DNA from: Candidatus Levyibacteriota bacterium
GTDB taxonomy: Bacteria > Patescibacteriota > Microgenomatia > Levybacterales > GWA1-39-11
Length of the DNA: 64,000 nt
Assembly (NCBI GenBank): GCA_036788695.1
Contig: DAIQMY010000001.1
Coordinates: forward strand, 150,792-214,791
Direction: 5' to 3'
In this document: piece by piece, positions 1-9,121 of the stretch
How the letters are laid out: every line of letters starts with the position of its first letter
Numbering within the stretch: the first letter of the stretch is position 1
Notes under the pieces: model-generated
Told to the model about the DNA's origin: nothing
The model's database searches: none
Seen by the model: the letters and a program-made list of their open reading frames with translations, nothing else
Made by a program: the position numbers and the translations under genes

Positions 1-2417
1 CAGGCGGGTGGAGGACCAAACGCTCCGCCGCAGTGCGCAATTAGATTGATTTGAAATAATCCTATACTGTAATCGGGGCATACCTTATTAGTAGCAAATG
101 GATCACTTCCACTTTCAAGGTTACAGATGAGTGAGGCAGTAAGTGCGAGGTCGGGTTGGTTATTAAAATATGGAAGGAGATGTTCATATGAGCAGTATCC
201 TGTTCCTTCTTTAGGTCTGGTGCAGGCATTGGGTGACTGGGAGCCTCCGGGTCCAGCTGTGGATGCGCTTGCTTGTGCCCAGGCAGAGTTTGTTATATTT
301 ATATCAGTTTTTACGGGAAGGACAGTAAAGGTAAATGATGATGCTGCGGCGTTTCCTGAATCTGAAAGATTCCATGACAGTGTGCGGTCAGTTGTGTCAA
401 GCGTATAATTTCCCGAAGTTTTATTATCAACAAGTATAGTATTTTCAGGAATTTGATCAAAAATAATAATATCCTCTTTCCTGACGGTTGAATCTGATGT
501 GAGGGTGTAGGAGATAGTATAGGTAATTTCTCCTATCTCAGCTAATTCTGTTTGTGAAACTGTTTTTTGTAGTGTGAAGCTTGGAATGGGGTTTTGCGTT
601 GGCGGCTGTCCCACGCCTCCCCCTCCCCCTGTCCCACCACCAATTGTGGAACTGCCTGAATTATCAGAGGCAATCGTGATTACAGTCATCACGAACACAA
701 TGAAGAGTAGAATTACGCATGATACGCCAACGGTTACCCCTCCTGCGGGCGTTTTAAGAAAAGTCAGAGCCACTTGACTTACTCCTTTTTTTGCAAGCTG
801 TTGCTCTCCTTTCTTTGCTGCAGATGATGCTGCTTTTTGTGCAGCCTTTTCTCTTAGGCTTTTTCCTAAGCTTCTATTCATGTTTGAAATAGTGGAAAAA
901 GGACTTCTGTCTCGCACGCCACTTCTAAGAATTCGTGATTGCATATGAGGCTGAGAAGTAGATTGGCTAGTTTTTCCTTCCTGTTTTTGTCTTTGTTCTC
1001 GCTGACGCTTATAAAAATCGTAGCTTACGGCTCCAAGTGGGGAGATGACATATCTTCCGTATTTCCAGGTCTTACTTTGCCAAACCTTTGCGTCTCTTAT
1101 TTTTCTTAGCAGCTCAAACCTATCAAAGCCATTTGCAGCAGCTTTTGTTAATATTTTATTGATCTCTATTTTTTGGTATTCCTTTGCAGTTTTTGGTTTT
1201 CTTGCCACCTGTTGCGGTTTATTTGGGGAAGCCGTTTTTTTGGGTAGTATTTTTTTAATTCCCACAACAAAAGAAGGCGGAATTAAATGTTTTGTTTTGC
1301 TATATAAAATCCCAAGAGGCGAATATTTATACACGTTTTTGTACCACTTGAGTGTGGTTGAGGCAGTTTTTTTTGTTGCGGCTAGTGTATTTGATTTTTT
1401 TTGCACTTTTTTTGTATGCAGACTGGTATTATTTTCCTCACTTTTTTCTGTTTTTTCTTTTTTTGAGATATTTCTGTCTGAAATCCCTGCCGCAATTTTT
1501 CGACCCAATTCCCATTCTTTTAAGCGAGGACTTAGTTTGCCCATGAGAAAGCCTAATGGAGTATACTTATATATATCCACATACCCCTTTGCCCCTTTTT
1601 TTGCAGCAGCCTTGAGTGTTTGTCCTGCTTTGGATGGAGTTTTTTTTGGAGTTGTAGGCGTGGGCGGTAACGGTTGTTTTATATTTTCCGGAGACGTGAT
1701 GTTTTTATCTAAATCTTGTGTGGAGGAATCCGTTTGTGAAATTGGTGTGGAGGGTGAATTTTCCGCGGGAGAACTTTGTGCAGATGCGATTTCTTGTGGT
1801 GAATTTGTTTGAGACTGATCAGATTTTGCCTCAGACTGGGCAGTCGTGGTATTAGGTGTGTTCGGGAGCGCTGCCTTTGCAATGGTCTGAGAAGTCTTGC
1901 CTATCTGTTCTTCGTAGTTTCGGTTTTCGTTTACCCTGAATGAGCTATCCTTTTCAAAGGATATAGATGAACTTTTACCAATCCCTCTTTCATTGGTTCC
2001 AGAAGATTCAGGGGGTGTCTTTGCTGATATATTTTCTTCACTTGCGTTTTCTTTTTTGTCTTCCCCATTTTCATTGTGTACCATGTGAACATTGCTATGT
2101 TCTGAGGCGTGCTCTCTCCCATGACCATCTTTCTTGTGGTCTTCTGTTTTTTGTTGGCTCGTTTCCTCCTCCTTTTTGTCTTCGGTATTTTCAGGTTCTA
2201 ACACAAGATTTTTGGTAGCTCGGGCTTTTTCTCTTTCTAGAATATTTATTTTCTTATGTATTTCTGTTTTCTGAGTTTCTCCTTCCTTTAGCGAAAGGGT
2301 ACCGTTTGTAACTGAATCCTCTATGTTGCGCTCGTTAGTCACAAGCTGCTTGATTGAGGAGTCTATATTTTTTATCTGATCCTCGGAAGTAGGGGGTGTA
2401 TCAGAATTGTTTGCCAT
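1..2417 (-). CDS. Partial (C-terminus runs off window edge) large membrane-anchored VirB1-like cell-wall hydrolase: N-terminal charged low-complexity region with three Y-x-Y-x-P-L-G repeats, one TM helix, DUF11-like conserved-repeat beta domain, C-terminal lysozyme-like/lytic transglycosylase motif
   Basis: Manually translated minus strand from ATG (complement of 2415-2417) down to position 1 with no stop (>805 codons). It is not in the ORF track because no stop lies inside the window. TM segment VALTFLKTPAGGVTVGVSCVILLFIVFVMTVITIA. C-terminal NLESGSDPFATNKVCPDYSIGLFQIN resembles the Glu-Ser catalytic and G-L-x-Q-I-N motifs of SLT/lysozyme-like folds. Start is 19 bp downstream of the VirB4 ATPase gene on the same strand. 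Confidence 0.5.
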   Translation of the reverse strand, partial: MANNSDTPPTSEDQIKNIDSSIKQLVTNERNIEDSVTNGTLSLKEGETQKTEIHKKINILEREKARATKNLVLEPENTEDKKEEETSQQKTEDHKKDGHGREHASEHSNVHMVHNENGEDKKENASEENISAKTPPESSGTNERGIGKSSSISFEKDSSFRVNENRNYEEQIGKTSQTIAKAALPNTPNTTTAQSEAKSDQSQTNSPQEIASAQSSPAENSPSTPISQTDSSTQDLDKNITSPENIKQPLPPTPTTPKKTPSKAGQTLKAAAKKGAKGYVDIYKYTPLGFLMGKLSPRLKEWELGRKIAAGISDRNISKKEKTEKSEENNTSLHTKKVQKKSNTLAATKKTASTTLKWYKNVYKYSPLGILYSKTKHLIPPSFVVGIKKILPKKTASPNKPQQVARKPKTAKEYQKIEINKILTKAAANGFDRFELLRKIRDAKVWQSKTWKYGRYVISPLGAVSYDFYKRQREQRQKQEGKTSQSTSQPHMQSRILRSGVRDRSPFSTISNMNRSLGKSLREKAAQKAASSAAKKGEQQLAKKGVSQVALTFLKTPAGGVTVGVSCVILLFIVFVMTVITIASDNSGSSTIGGGTGGGGGVGQPPTQNPIPSFTLQKTVSQTELAEIGEITYTISYTLTSDSTVRKEDIIIFDQIPENTILVDNKTSGNYTLDTTDRTLSWNLSDSGNAAASSFTFTVLPVKTDINITNSAWAQASASTAGPGGSQSPNACTRPKEGTGYCSYEHLLPYFNNQPDLALTASLICNLESGSDPFATNKVCPDYSIGLFQINLIAHCGGAFGPPPA

Positions 2418-2435
2418 ATGATAGTTTTAAAATAA

Positions 2436-4424
2436 TCATTCATTATTCACCTTGTTGTTATCTGTAACAGGAGACGTAATAGGCTGTTGTGTAATTGGTT
2501 GAGATGCCTGTGGAGTAGGTTTCATAGCGGGTTGCGTTAGAGGCGCTTCTGTAGGAGGAGCTTCCTGTTTTGCGTCTGCTTCTTTTATGAATTGTTCTGC
2601 TGCCTGCGTATTTGTTCGTTCTGCCTCATCCAAAATGTCTTGAGGTTTAGAGGTGACCAGTTGATACTCAAAGTTTGATGCCAAAAATTGAGCTGTTAAG
2701 TGGTTTTGCCCTGCAAAAAAAAGTCCCTCTCCAACCTGCGCTGTTAGCAGAAATTGCTTTTCACCTTCTGATAAGTTAAGGGTTGAGGCGAGCGTTTCTA
2801 CCTCAGATGAGTTTTGTTTTAACAGGACCTGCATAGAAGAATTAGATAAGATTGCCTTGCCATAGTCGGAAGACAGGAAATCTTCTATGTCTTGGGTAAG
2901 CGTTGTAACTCCCAGGTAATATTTTCGTGCTCGCTTTGCAATTCCTTGCAAGAATGCAGCAGAGTCAGGATTTTTCATAAGATACCATGCCTCATCTACT
3001 ATTAATATACGTTTTTTCAATTTAGTTCTTACTCTGTTCCAAATAAAATCTAATATTACCTGCATGGCGACTGGCCTAAGAGATTCTTCAAGCTGTTTTA
3101 TTGAAAAAACGGTAAGTTGATTTTTAACATCGTAGTTAGTCTGTGAGTTTAATAGTCCTGAGAACCCTCCTTTGATGTACTTTTCTAGTCTAAACGCAAG
3201 GTCCTTGGCATCTGTTTCTTCCATATTCAAAAGTGTTTTATATAAATCCTCAAGAATGGGTGGTTCATTGCCAAAAGTTGATGGGTCAGGGATTATCCCT
3301 TTTTGCTTGTAACACAAAACGAGCGCGCGGTCTAAAATTGCCTCCTGTGTTGGAGAGAATTCACCAAGCATAATCTTGAGAAGTGAGTGGAGGGATAAAA
3401 ACTTTATTCCAAGCTGCGCTTCTGATCTGTCATCTGAAAGAAGGGCAAACGGATTAATTTTTACCTCAGAGTCTTTTGAAAAAGATATGTATTCTCCATC
3501 GAGCGCATGGCAGAGTGCTTTATATTCATCCTCAGGATCTATGATGAGAATTTCTGTGTCAAACATCATTTGACGCAACACCTCAAGCTTAACTAGAAAT
3601 GATTTTCCAGAACCAGATTTCCCAAAGACAACAGAATTTGCATTCTCAAATGAGAAGCGATCCACAATGATAAGTGAATTATTTAGCGTGTTTACTCCAT
3701 AAAAAATACCGTTTGGTTGAGATATTTCATAGGATGTGAAGGGAAACGTTGAGGCAACGGATGTAGTATCCATGTTTCGGGTAATAAATAATTTATCCTC
3801 CCCCAGGGGGAGTGTTGTTTTAAATCCGTCCTCCATTTGAAGAGTAGCGGGTTTTATAACCAGCAAGTTTGAGGCAAGTAGGGAAGTGAGTTCATTCGTT
3901 TTCTTATCAAGTTCATCAACTGTTTTTGCTGAAAGTGTAACATAGAGTCCAAATTGAAAGAATCGTTCAAGTCCCCGCGCTAACTCTTCACGCAGGGCGA
4001 TCGCGTCCTCAAGGGATGCTCGAACCTTAGGATCAGGTTCTATGCCGTTTTTCATATCTGATTCAATCGTTGCTTCCATTTCTCCAATTTTGCGTTTCAA
4101 ATTGGAAAGAATATCCCGACTTTCAACTGGGTATATAAACATAGATACGTTCATGGTTTCCTTGTAGTCTATAAGTATAGAAAGCCAATTTGGAGAAACT
4201 TCGCGCGGATAGTCAATTACAATAAACGTTCGGTAGAAAGCGTCTCCTACGCGAATATATTTAAAATCTACCTCAACGGATGAGGGAGCAAGAAGATCTA
4301 TCAGAGACACAGACCCACTTTTTAATTTCCCAACATCGTGTGTGATTTGAGGTTGTGGTGCAGATTGAGCTGTTTGTGCAGGTGCACTTTTTTCTGTTTG
4401 TTTTTTCTTTCCTAGTCCTAGCAT
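2436..4424 (-). CDS. virB4: VirB4/TrbE/CagE-family T4SS ATPase, C-terminal ATPase portion (662 aa)
   Basis: Walker A VVFGKSGSGKSF and Walker B RILIVDEAWYL (the DEAW motif is typical of VirB4). N-terminal stretch LIDLLAPSSVEVDFKYIRVGD...YPREVSPNWLSIL resembles the VirB4 middle region. Own RBS AAAGGAG 9 nt upstream of ATG. Confidence 0.8.
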   Translation of the reverse strand: MLGLGKKKQTEKSAPAQTAQSAPQPQITHDVGKLKSGSVSLIDLLAPSSVEVDFKYIRVGDAFYRTFIVIDYPREVSPNWLSILIDYKETMNVSMFIYPVESRDILSNLKRKIGEMEATIESDMKNGIEPDPKVRASLEDAIALREELARGLERFFQFGLYVTLSAKTVDELDKKTNELTSLLASNLLVIKPATLQMEDGFKTTLPLGEDKLFITRNMDTTSVASTFPFTSYEISQPNGIFYGVNTLNNSLIIVDRFSFENANSVVFGKSGSGKSFLVKLEVLRQMMFDTEILIIDPEDEYKALCHALDGEYISFSKDSEVKINPFALLSDDRSEAQLGIKFLSLHSLLKIMLGEFSPTQEAILDRALVLCYKQKGIIPDPSTFGNEPPILEDLYKTLLNMEETDAKDLAFRLEKYIKGGFSGLLNSQTNYDVKNQLTVFSIKQLEESLRPVAMQVILDFIWNRVRTKLKKRILIVDEAWYLMKNPDSAAFLQGIAKRARKYYLGVTTLTQDIEDFLSSDYGKAILSNSSMQVLLKQNSSEVETLASTLNLSEGEKQFLLTAQVGEGLFFAGQNHLTAQFLASNFEYQLVTSKPQDILDEAERTNTQAAEQFIKEADAKQEAPPTEAPLTQPAMKPTPQASQPITQQPITSPVTDNNKVNNE

Positions 4425-4463
4425 GTTTTACAATAACTCCTTTTTGTCGTATGTAGCGTATTT

Positions 4464-5078
4464 CTACACAATAATATTTTTAACGTCACTTGTTGAAAAG
4501 TCCACATTCATGCTTGTCTGGTTGAAAAGTTCAAAAAATACTCGTCCTAACTCTTCAGCCTTAATGACTCTACTGGAAAGCCCTATTCGTTCAATTTGCG
4601 TCATAACATTTGTTCTCTTGCTAGCTATTGCATCCGCGGTGCGTGCTTCGTGCGTCTTTTTACTGCCTCCTGATGTTGGCCCTAGCTCGAGCGCATTAAA
4701 TGGGATTACCACATATGTTTTTTTATCTAGCAGCCCATCTTCTTTTATAAGTTCCTGGATGAAATCCTTGTAGAGCCTTAAGTGCTCAGCCACTCGTGCG
4801 TTTTGGGTAACGGTAATTTTGTGATCAAGAGATGAGACATATGATGAGAGATCAATTCTTTTGGAAACTATCACAATCTGGATTGCAAAAGAGAGAGAAT
4901 TTAAAAGCGACATATACCCATATATACGCGCGTTTTGTTCGTCTTGGGAAAGAAGAAAAAAGTTAACAGATGAAACTTCCAGGATAGAGCATGCATTTTT
5001 TCCTTTTAAAAATACCGTGTCATCCCGAATATCTTCGATCTCAATAAAGGATTGTGTTGTCGATTTAATTTTAGCCAT
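4464..5078 (-). CDS. Stand-alone VirB4 N-terminal (CagE_TrbE_VirB-like) domain protein, 204 aa
   Basis: IEIEDIRDDTVFLKGKNACSILEVSSVNFFLLSQDEQNARIYGYMSLLNSL resembles the N-terminal domain of Gram-positive VirB4 homologs (PrgJ/TcpF/TraE type). Sits directly upstream of the ATPase part on the same strand, separated by a TAG stop and a 39-nt spacer containing an RBS. Confidence 0.5.
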   Translation of the reverse strand: MAKIKSTTQSFIEIEDIRDDTVFLKGKNACSILEVSSVNFFLLSQDEQNARIYGYMSLLNSLSFAIQIVIVSKRIDLSSYVSSLDHKITVTQNARVAEHLRLYKDFIQELIKEDGLLDKKTYVVIPFNALELGPTSGGSKKTHEARTADAIASKRTNVMTQIERIGLSSRVIKAEELGRVFFELFNQTSMNVDFSTSDVKNIIV

Positions 5079-5086
5079 GGGCAGTT

Positions 5087-6154
5087 TTATAAAGTATTTT
5101 GTGCAACTCCAAACAATTCACGTCTTAATTTTTCGCGTTGGTCTACAGATATTACTTGAATAGGTTGAGCCACTGATCCATCAAGCGTTATTCTGGTATC
5201 TTGAAACTCTTGTTTTTTTAACGTGTCCTCAAGGTGCAGGGTATATGTTCCGCTTGGAAGTGGAGTTGCGGCTCTAAAAAAACCATTTGCGTCAGTTCGG
5301 AAGGTTCGGAGTGGAACGTTTTGCGTATCAAGCACTTCCACAATGATGTGGGGGAGCGGTTTTCCTCTTGGGTCAAGTATTTTGCCTTGTAAAATATTGG
5401 CTATGTCTATGCCTCCTACAGATACTTGAGAGGGTGCCACTGGAGGGGTTATCGGTTGCGTTTCAGCTACTGCATGAGGCGTAGGAGGAACAATTTGTGA
5501 TTGAGAAGCAGAAGATTCTGTTTGGCTTGTACTTTCCTGAACAGGAGGGACTGAAGTTTCCGTATGGGGAGCAGATAATTCCCCAGACGTTCCTTCTTGC
5601 GTGTGTATGGCAGAGGCTTGCGTTGTGGGAGTTTTTTCATCGGCCTTAATAACTCTATTCGTAAATCCGCCCTGCTGTGTTGTGCCATCTTTGAAGAGGT
5701 TGCTCACGTTTTCTACTTGAGACTTCTCATCAGCATCAGGCTTAAAATAAGAACTTGCAAGCTGATTAAAAAGTTTTGCTTTTTGTACTGCTGCGCTGTC
5801 TCCTGAATTTGAGTCAGTAACGTTAGTGTGCGACGGAGGGGTAAATGTAAAGTATGGCATTTGTACTCCGTGTTTTTTGTAAATATATTGATTTTCCGCG
5901 GGAATTGCCTTAAAGAAGTTAAAAAGCATCTTATCCATAGGTCTTCCATCAATAGGCACAAACGCAAGACAAAGCCCTACGCCTCCTGAGAGAAGCATAA
6001 AGGGAAGCTTTAGTAAAAACGGAATGGGGAAAAAATAGAACAAGAGTGCAAAAACCCCGCCACCTAAAAGATATAAAAATTGTTTTACCGTAACAGATCC
6101 TATAAGCCTAAATTTAAACCCTGTAACGTCTTGGGGGATAGGATGATTTTCCAT
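5087..6154 (-). CDS. VirB3/PrgI-like small T4SS membrane protein fused to a long Ser/Thr/Pro/Gln-rich linker and a C-terminal transthyretin/carboxypeptidase-regulatory-like beta-sandwich domain
   Basis: N-terminal FKFRLIGSVTVKQFLYLLGGGVFALLFYFFPIPFLLKLPFMLLSGGVGLCLAF gives two TM helices in the VirB3/PrgI arrangement. Position immediately upstream of VirB4 in the conserved VirB3-VirB4 order. C-terminal GKILDPRGKPLPHIIVEVLD...GTYTLHLEDTL resembles a prealbumin-like fold. Confidence 0.4.
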   Translation of the reverse strand: MENHPIPQDVTGFKFRLIGSVTVKQFLYLLGGGVFALLFYFFPIPFLLKLPFMLLSGGVGLCLAFVPIDGRPMDKMLFNFFKAIPAENQYIYKKHGVQMPYFTFTPPSHTNVTDSNSGDSAAVQKAKLFNQLASSYFKPDADEKSQVENVSNLFKDGTTQQGGFTNRVIKADEKTPTTQASAIHTQEGTSGELSAPHTETSVPPVQESTSQTESSASQSQIVPPTPHAVAETQPITPPVAPSQVSVGGIDIANILQGKILDPRGKPLPHIIVEVLDTQNVPLRTFRTDANGFFRAATPLPSGTYTLHLEDTLKKQEFQDTRITLDGSVAQPIQVISVDQREKLRRELFGVAQNTL

Positions 6155-6402
6155 ATATTAAAGGGTATAACGTGAAACATATGCTTTCAAGATTATCAAA
6201 ATAGGTCAAAAAAAAGACATTCTGTGCGTAACGTGAAAAGCGCTGTGCTTTCTTGACACGCGCTTATGTTTTGCCGTACCATAAATAAAGAGAATGTTGT
6301 AAGCAGTTTGTTATTTTGTAGTTAAGAAGAATAGTGAAAAGAAGCCTATAATGCGAGTAAGATAATGATAAAAGAAATACTTTCTAAAATTATTTCATAA
6401 CT

Positions 6403-6741
6403 ATGGAATTTACACCGGAAAAGAAAAAAACAGTAGAGAAAATGATAGTTGATTCAATGATAGACGCTGTAGGGGCAGGAATTGTTCCTGAAGAAGAGCT
6501 TACTAGTATCTCTGATTTTGTTTTAGCTCGAATAGATGCCATAAACAATGAAGATGAATTGGTTATTTTTCTTGTTGAACTTTCTCAAAAATGGTCATTT
6601 TTCTTACCGATTGAACGCTTCATTGAAGGTGAGGCGAAAGAGGCGGAAGATAAAAAGTCAGTAGATAAAGCAGAAAATCTTATAAAGGATGGACAAATAG
6701 ATCAAGCGCTGCAGGTTTTAAAGGCAGCAGAGGGAGCATGA
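6403..6741 (+). CDS. Small acidic hypothetical protein (112 aa), translationally coupled to the next gene
   Basis: ORF with ATG start; its stop overlaps the start of the 645-aa ORF (6741/6743). Highly acidic composition. Confidence 0.45.
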   Translation: MEFTPEKKKTVEKMIVDSMIDAVGAGIVPEEELTSISDFVLARIDAINNEDELVIFLVELSQKWSFFLPIERFIEGEAKEAEDKKSVDKAENLIKDGQIDQALQVLKAAEGA

Positions 6742-6742
6742 T

Positions 6743-8680
6743 ATGACAAAGAATATACAAACAGAGGCAGCAGCGCGTGCCATAACAAATAGAACAGAGC
6801 TAACTCCGGCTGAGCAGCAAGATAAACAAAAACAGCTCGCAGCAGGTGCTGCAAAAAGAAGTCTTGAAAAAAGACGTGAGGCCCTGGGTGGAGACGACCA
6901 TGGCTTTATGGAGGGAATGAGGAGTACAAAAAAAGAGACACTTGATGTGCCAACCGCAGATGATGCAGAGAAGGTAATTGAATCAGCCGCCAATACTCCT
7001 GAACAAAAAAGCGAAGCAAAAAAAATAGACGCAGTTTTGCGAGCAGTATTCTCAGGAGATAAAGCCTATCTTGAGGAACATCAGAATGCAACAAGTGACT
7101 CGTTAATTGCTCCTATTCGTGAAATGATGAGAAGGGACCCTGCCTTCAAAGAACTAGCAGATGCGATTGACAATAGTCCTGCTTCTTTCAATGAATGGGT
7201 TCAATTTGTGGCAGAGCAGTTAGATTCGGGGCGTAATCCAGGGGATAACAGGTTTGTGGACAATCTTCAGGCAAAGTATAAATCGTTTATGGAGAAGGAC
7301 AGAGAGGAATCGGGGGATAAGACGGCAATTCGAAGAAAGCTTGATATGCAAAAAGCAAAAGAAGACGCGCTAAACGATCAGTATCAGGCAAATATAAAAG
7401 AAGTTGAAGAAAATCGAGCACGAAAAGAATCTTTTTCTGATATGGATAACGGTGCGGGAAAAGAATTAAAGGAGATAACTGATACGGTTGCTAGTGAGGC
7501 TGAAGATCGGAAGCGGATAGAGGAGGAGATTGCGGAATTAAGAGTTGATAAAGCAAGAGTAGATGAAGATGCGCATAGCACTAATTTGTCAATAAGAAGA
7601 GAAGCCGAGCAAACACTGCGTCGATTGAGGACGAATATTTCTGATAAAGAAAAAGAGCTTGCCCCATTTAAAAAAAATATTGTTAAAAAAGAATCATTGA
7701 CTTCTGAAATGAAAGGATTAAATAATACGCACGAAAAACTTTTGCAAGATCAAGGAAGTCTTGCAACTCAAATTGAAACGATTCGTGAGGAGCGAACAAA
7801 GATAGAGAAACAATTAAATATCGGAGGCGGTAAGGATAAGGAGGACTTCGTAGGGGACCTGCGAGCTATTATGGGTGATGCTTTTCGGGACACTATGATT
7901 GCCAGATTTGATGCACAGCAGGCAGGCGTTAGTGAATCCTTTAAGGAGCTTATTGCGGAAGCACGCGATCCTCACGTTAAGGCAGCACTGGAGCAGCTGC
8001 AAGATAGTCATAATCGTTGGAAGGATTGGGATTCGGTCTGGAAAACAAAGCTGAAGGTTCCTTATGGTCGCAAGGAAGAGCCAAGTATGCAAAAGGATCT
8101 TATGAAGGAAGATGTAGACATTTTGCTTAAAGAGGGTCCTGAGAGTTTTATGAGAAGATTTCTTAGCCACAAGATGGATCCGGATACGAAAAACGCAGGT
8201 AATCCTCAGGGAATGATGTACTCTAAAGAAAAGATAGACGAACTCATTTCAGATAAAGACTTTATGGCTGCGGTACAGCCAAAGGCTGCCGGGTTATTAG
8301 TTCGCCAGGCAGTACAGACAAACGTATTGTCTGAGCGTCAAATGGCTGAGTTGAGAGATACAGAATGGGGAATGAGTGCGATTGAAAGTGCGCTGATGTT
8401 GGATAAGACTGCAGTTGAGAGCGGTAGAGCGCATCAGGCAATAGACTACATAAAGAAGCATCCAAAATTTGCGTGGTGGATGCTTCTTACGTTTTTATGG
8501 CCACCAGCAGGATTATTCGTTGCGGGAGTATACGCAGGTAAAGAGGTTGTGTCTGGAGTATTTCCGGGTAAAAATAAAGAGCATGCCGGAGGGCATGATA
8601 AAAAGCCTGTGAATGTTGAGCCTCCTCCATCACCTCACAATGAGCAGCAGTTTGCGCCTAGCCTCGCACCTGCGCATTAA
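6743..8680 (+). CDS. Large charged coiled-coil protein (645 aa) with a hydrophobic segment near the C-terminus (HPKFAWWMLLTFLWPPAGLFVAGVYAG); unknown function
   Basis: Long ORF with K/E/R/D/Q-rich, helical-looking sequence and a C-terminal TM helix. No recognisable catalytic motif. Confidence 0.55.
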   Translation: MTKNIQTEAAARAITNRTELTPAEQQDKQKQLAAGAAKRSLEKRREALGGDDHGFMEGMRSTKKETLDVPTADDAEKVIESAANTPEQKSEAKKIDAVLRAVFSGDKAYLEEHQNATSDSLIAPIREMMRRDPAFKELADAIDNSPASFNEWVQFVAEQLDSGRNPGDNRFVDNLQAKYKSFMEKDREESGDKTAIRRKLDMQKAKEDALNDQYQANIKEVEENRARKESFSDMDNGAGKELKEITDTVASEAEDRKRIEEEIAELRVDKARVDEDAHSTNLSIRREAEQTLRRLRTNISDKEKELAPFKKNIVKKESLTSEMKGLNNTHEKLLQDQGSLATQIETIREERTKIEKQLNIGGGKDKEDFVGDLRAIMGDAFRDTMIARFDAQQAGVSESFKELIAEARDPHVKAALEQLQDSHNRWKDWDSVWKTKLKVPYGRKEEPSMQKDLMKEDVDILLKEGPESFMRRFLSHKMDPDTKNAGNPQGMMYSKEKIDELISDKDFMAAVQPKAAGLLVRQAVQTNVLSERQMAELRDTEWGMSAIESALMLDKTAVESGRAHQAIDYIKKHPKFAWWMLLTFLWPPAGLFVAGVYAGKEVVSGVFPGKNKEHAGGHDKKPVNVEPPPSPHNEQQFAPSLAPAH

Positions 8681-8699
8681 GGAAAAGTGGGAAGTATGA

Positions 8700-9056
8700 T
8701 TAGAGTTTCTCTTCTGTTTTCGGAGGACTTGTGAGTTGGTTTAAGTCAACGCCCGTGAATTGAGACAAAAGGTTTATCATGACAAATGACATCATGATAA
8801 TAACTAGCCCAATAATTGCATAGGTAAGTCTTTTTCTGGCATTGTCCACTTTTTCTTTATCCCCTGAAGACGTTACATATTGGTAGCCTGAGTAAATGAT
8901 AAGAAATACGGCAACTACGCCGGATAGGACTAGTGCTGCATTAATTACATTTTGTAAGACAATCCATATGCAGGATATGGTAGCTACTCCTGTTGCATCT
9001 GGAATTCCCTCCAATGGTCTTACACATTCTCCCCAATCTTCTGTGAATAAATCCAT
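8700..9056 (-). CDS. T4SS pilin-like small membrane protein (VirB2/TrbC-type, T4SS_pilin family), paralog 3
   Basis: Two hydrophobic helices flanking the loop YVTSSGDKEKVDNARKRLTYAIIGLVII. The same architecture and motif recur in three neighbouring genes. Confidence 0.6.
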   Translation of the reverse strand: MDLFTEDWGECVRPLEGIPDATGVATISCIWIVLQNVINAALVLSGVVAVFLIIYSGYQYVTSSGDKEKVDNARKRLTYAIIGLVIIMMSFVMINLLSQFTGVDLNQLTSPPKTEEKL

Positions 9057-9121
9057 GTGCTATTAGCATAAAACAAATGTGAAAGATAATTCAAGAGGAA
9101 AGGTGTAAGTAGGCACCGTAC

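Noticed and set aside
1045-1812. Plus-strand ORFs listed in the track at 127-408, 574-777, 1045-1812, 1352-1546 and 1967-2218 (F/L/S-rich, low complexity)
   Set aside because: They are the antisense shadow of the long minus-strand VirB1-like gene (1-2417), which is open across the whole region and has protein-like composition. The poly-Phe/Leu composition comes from the Lys/Glu-rich coding strand.
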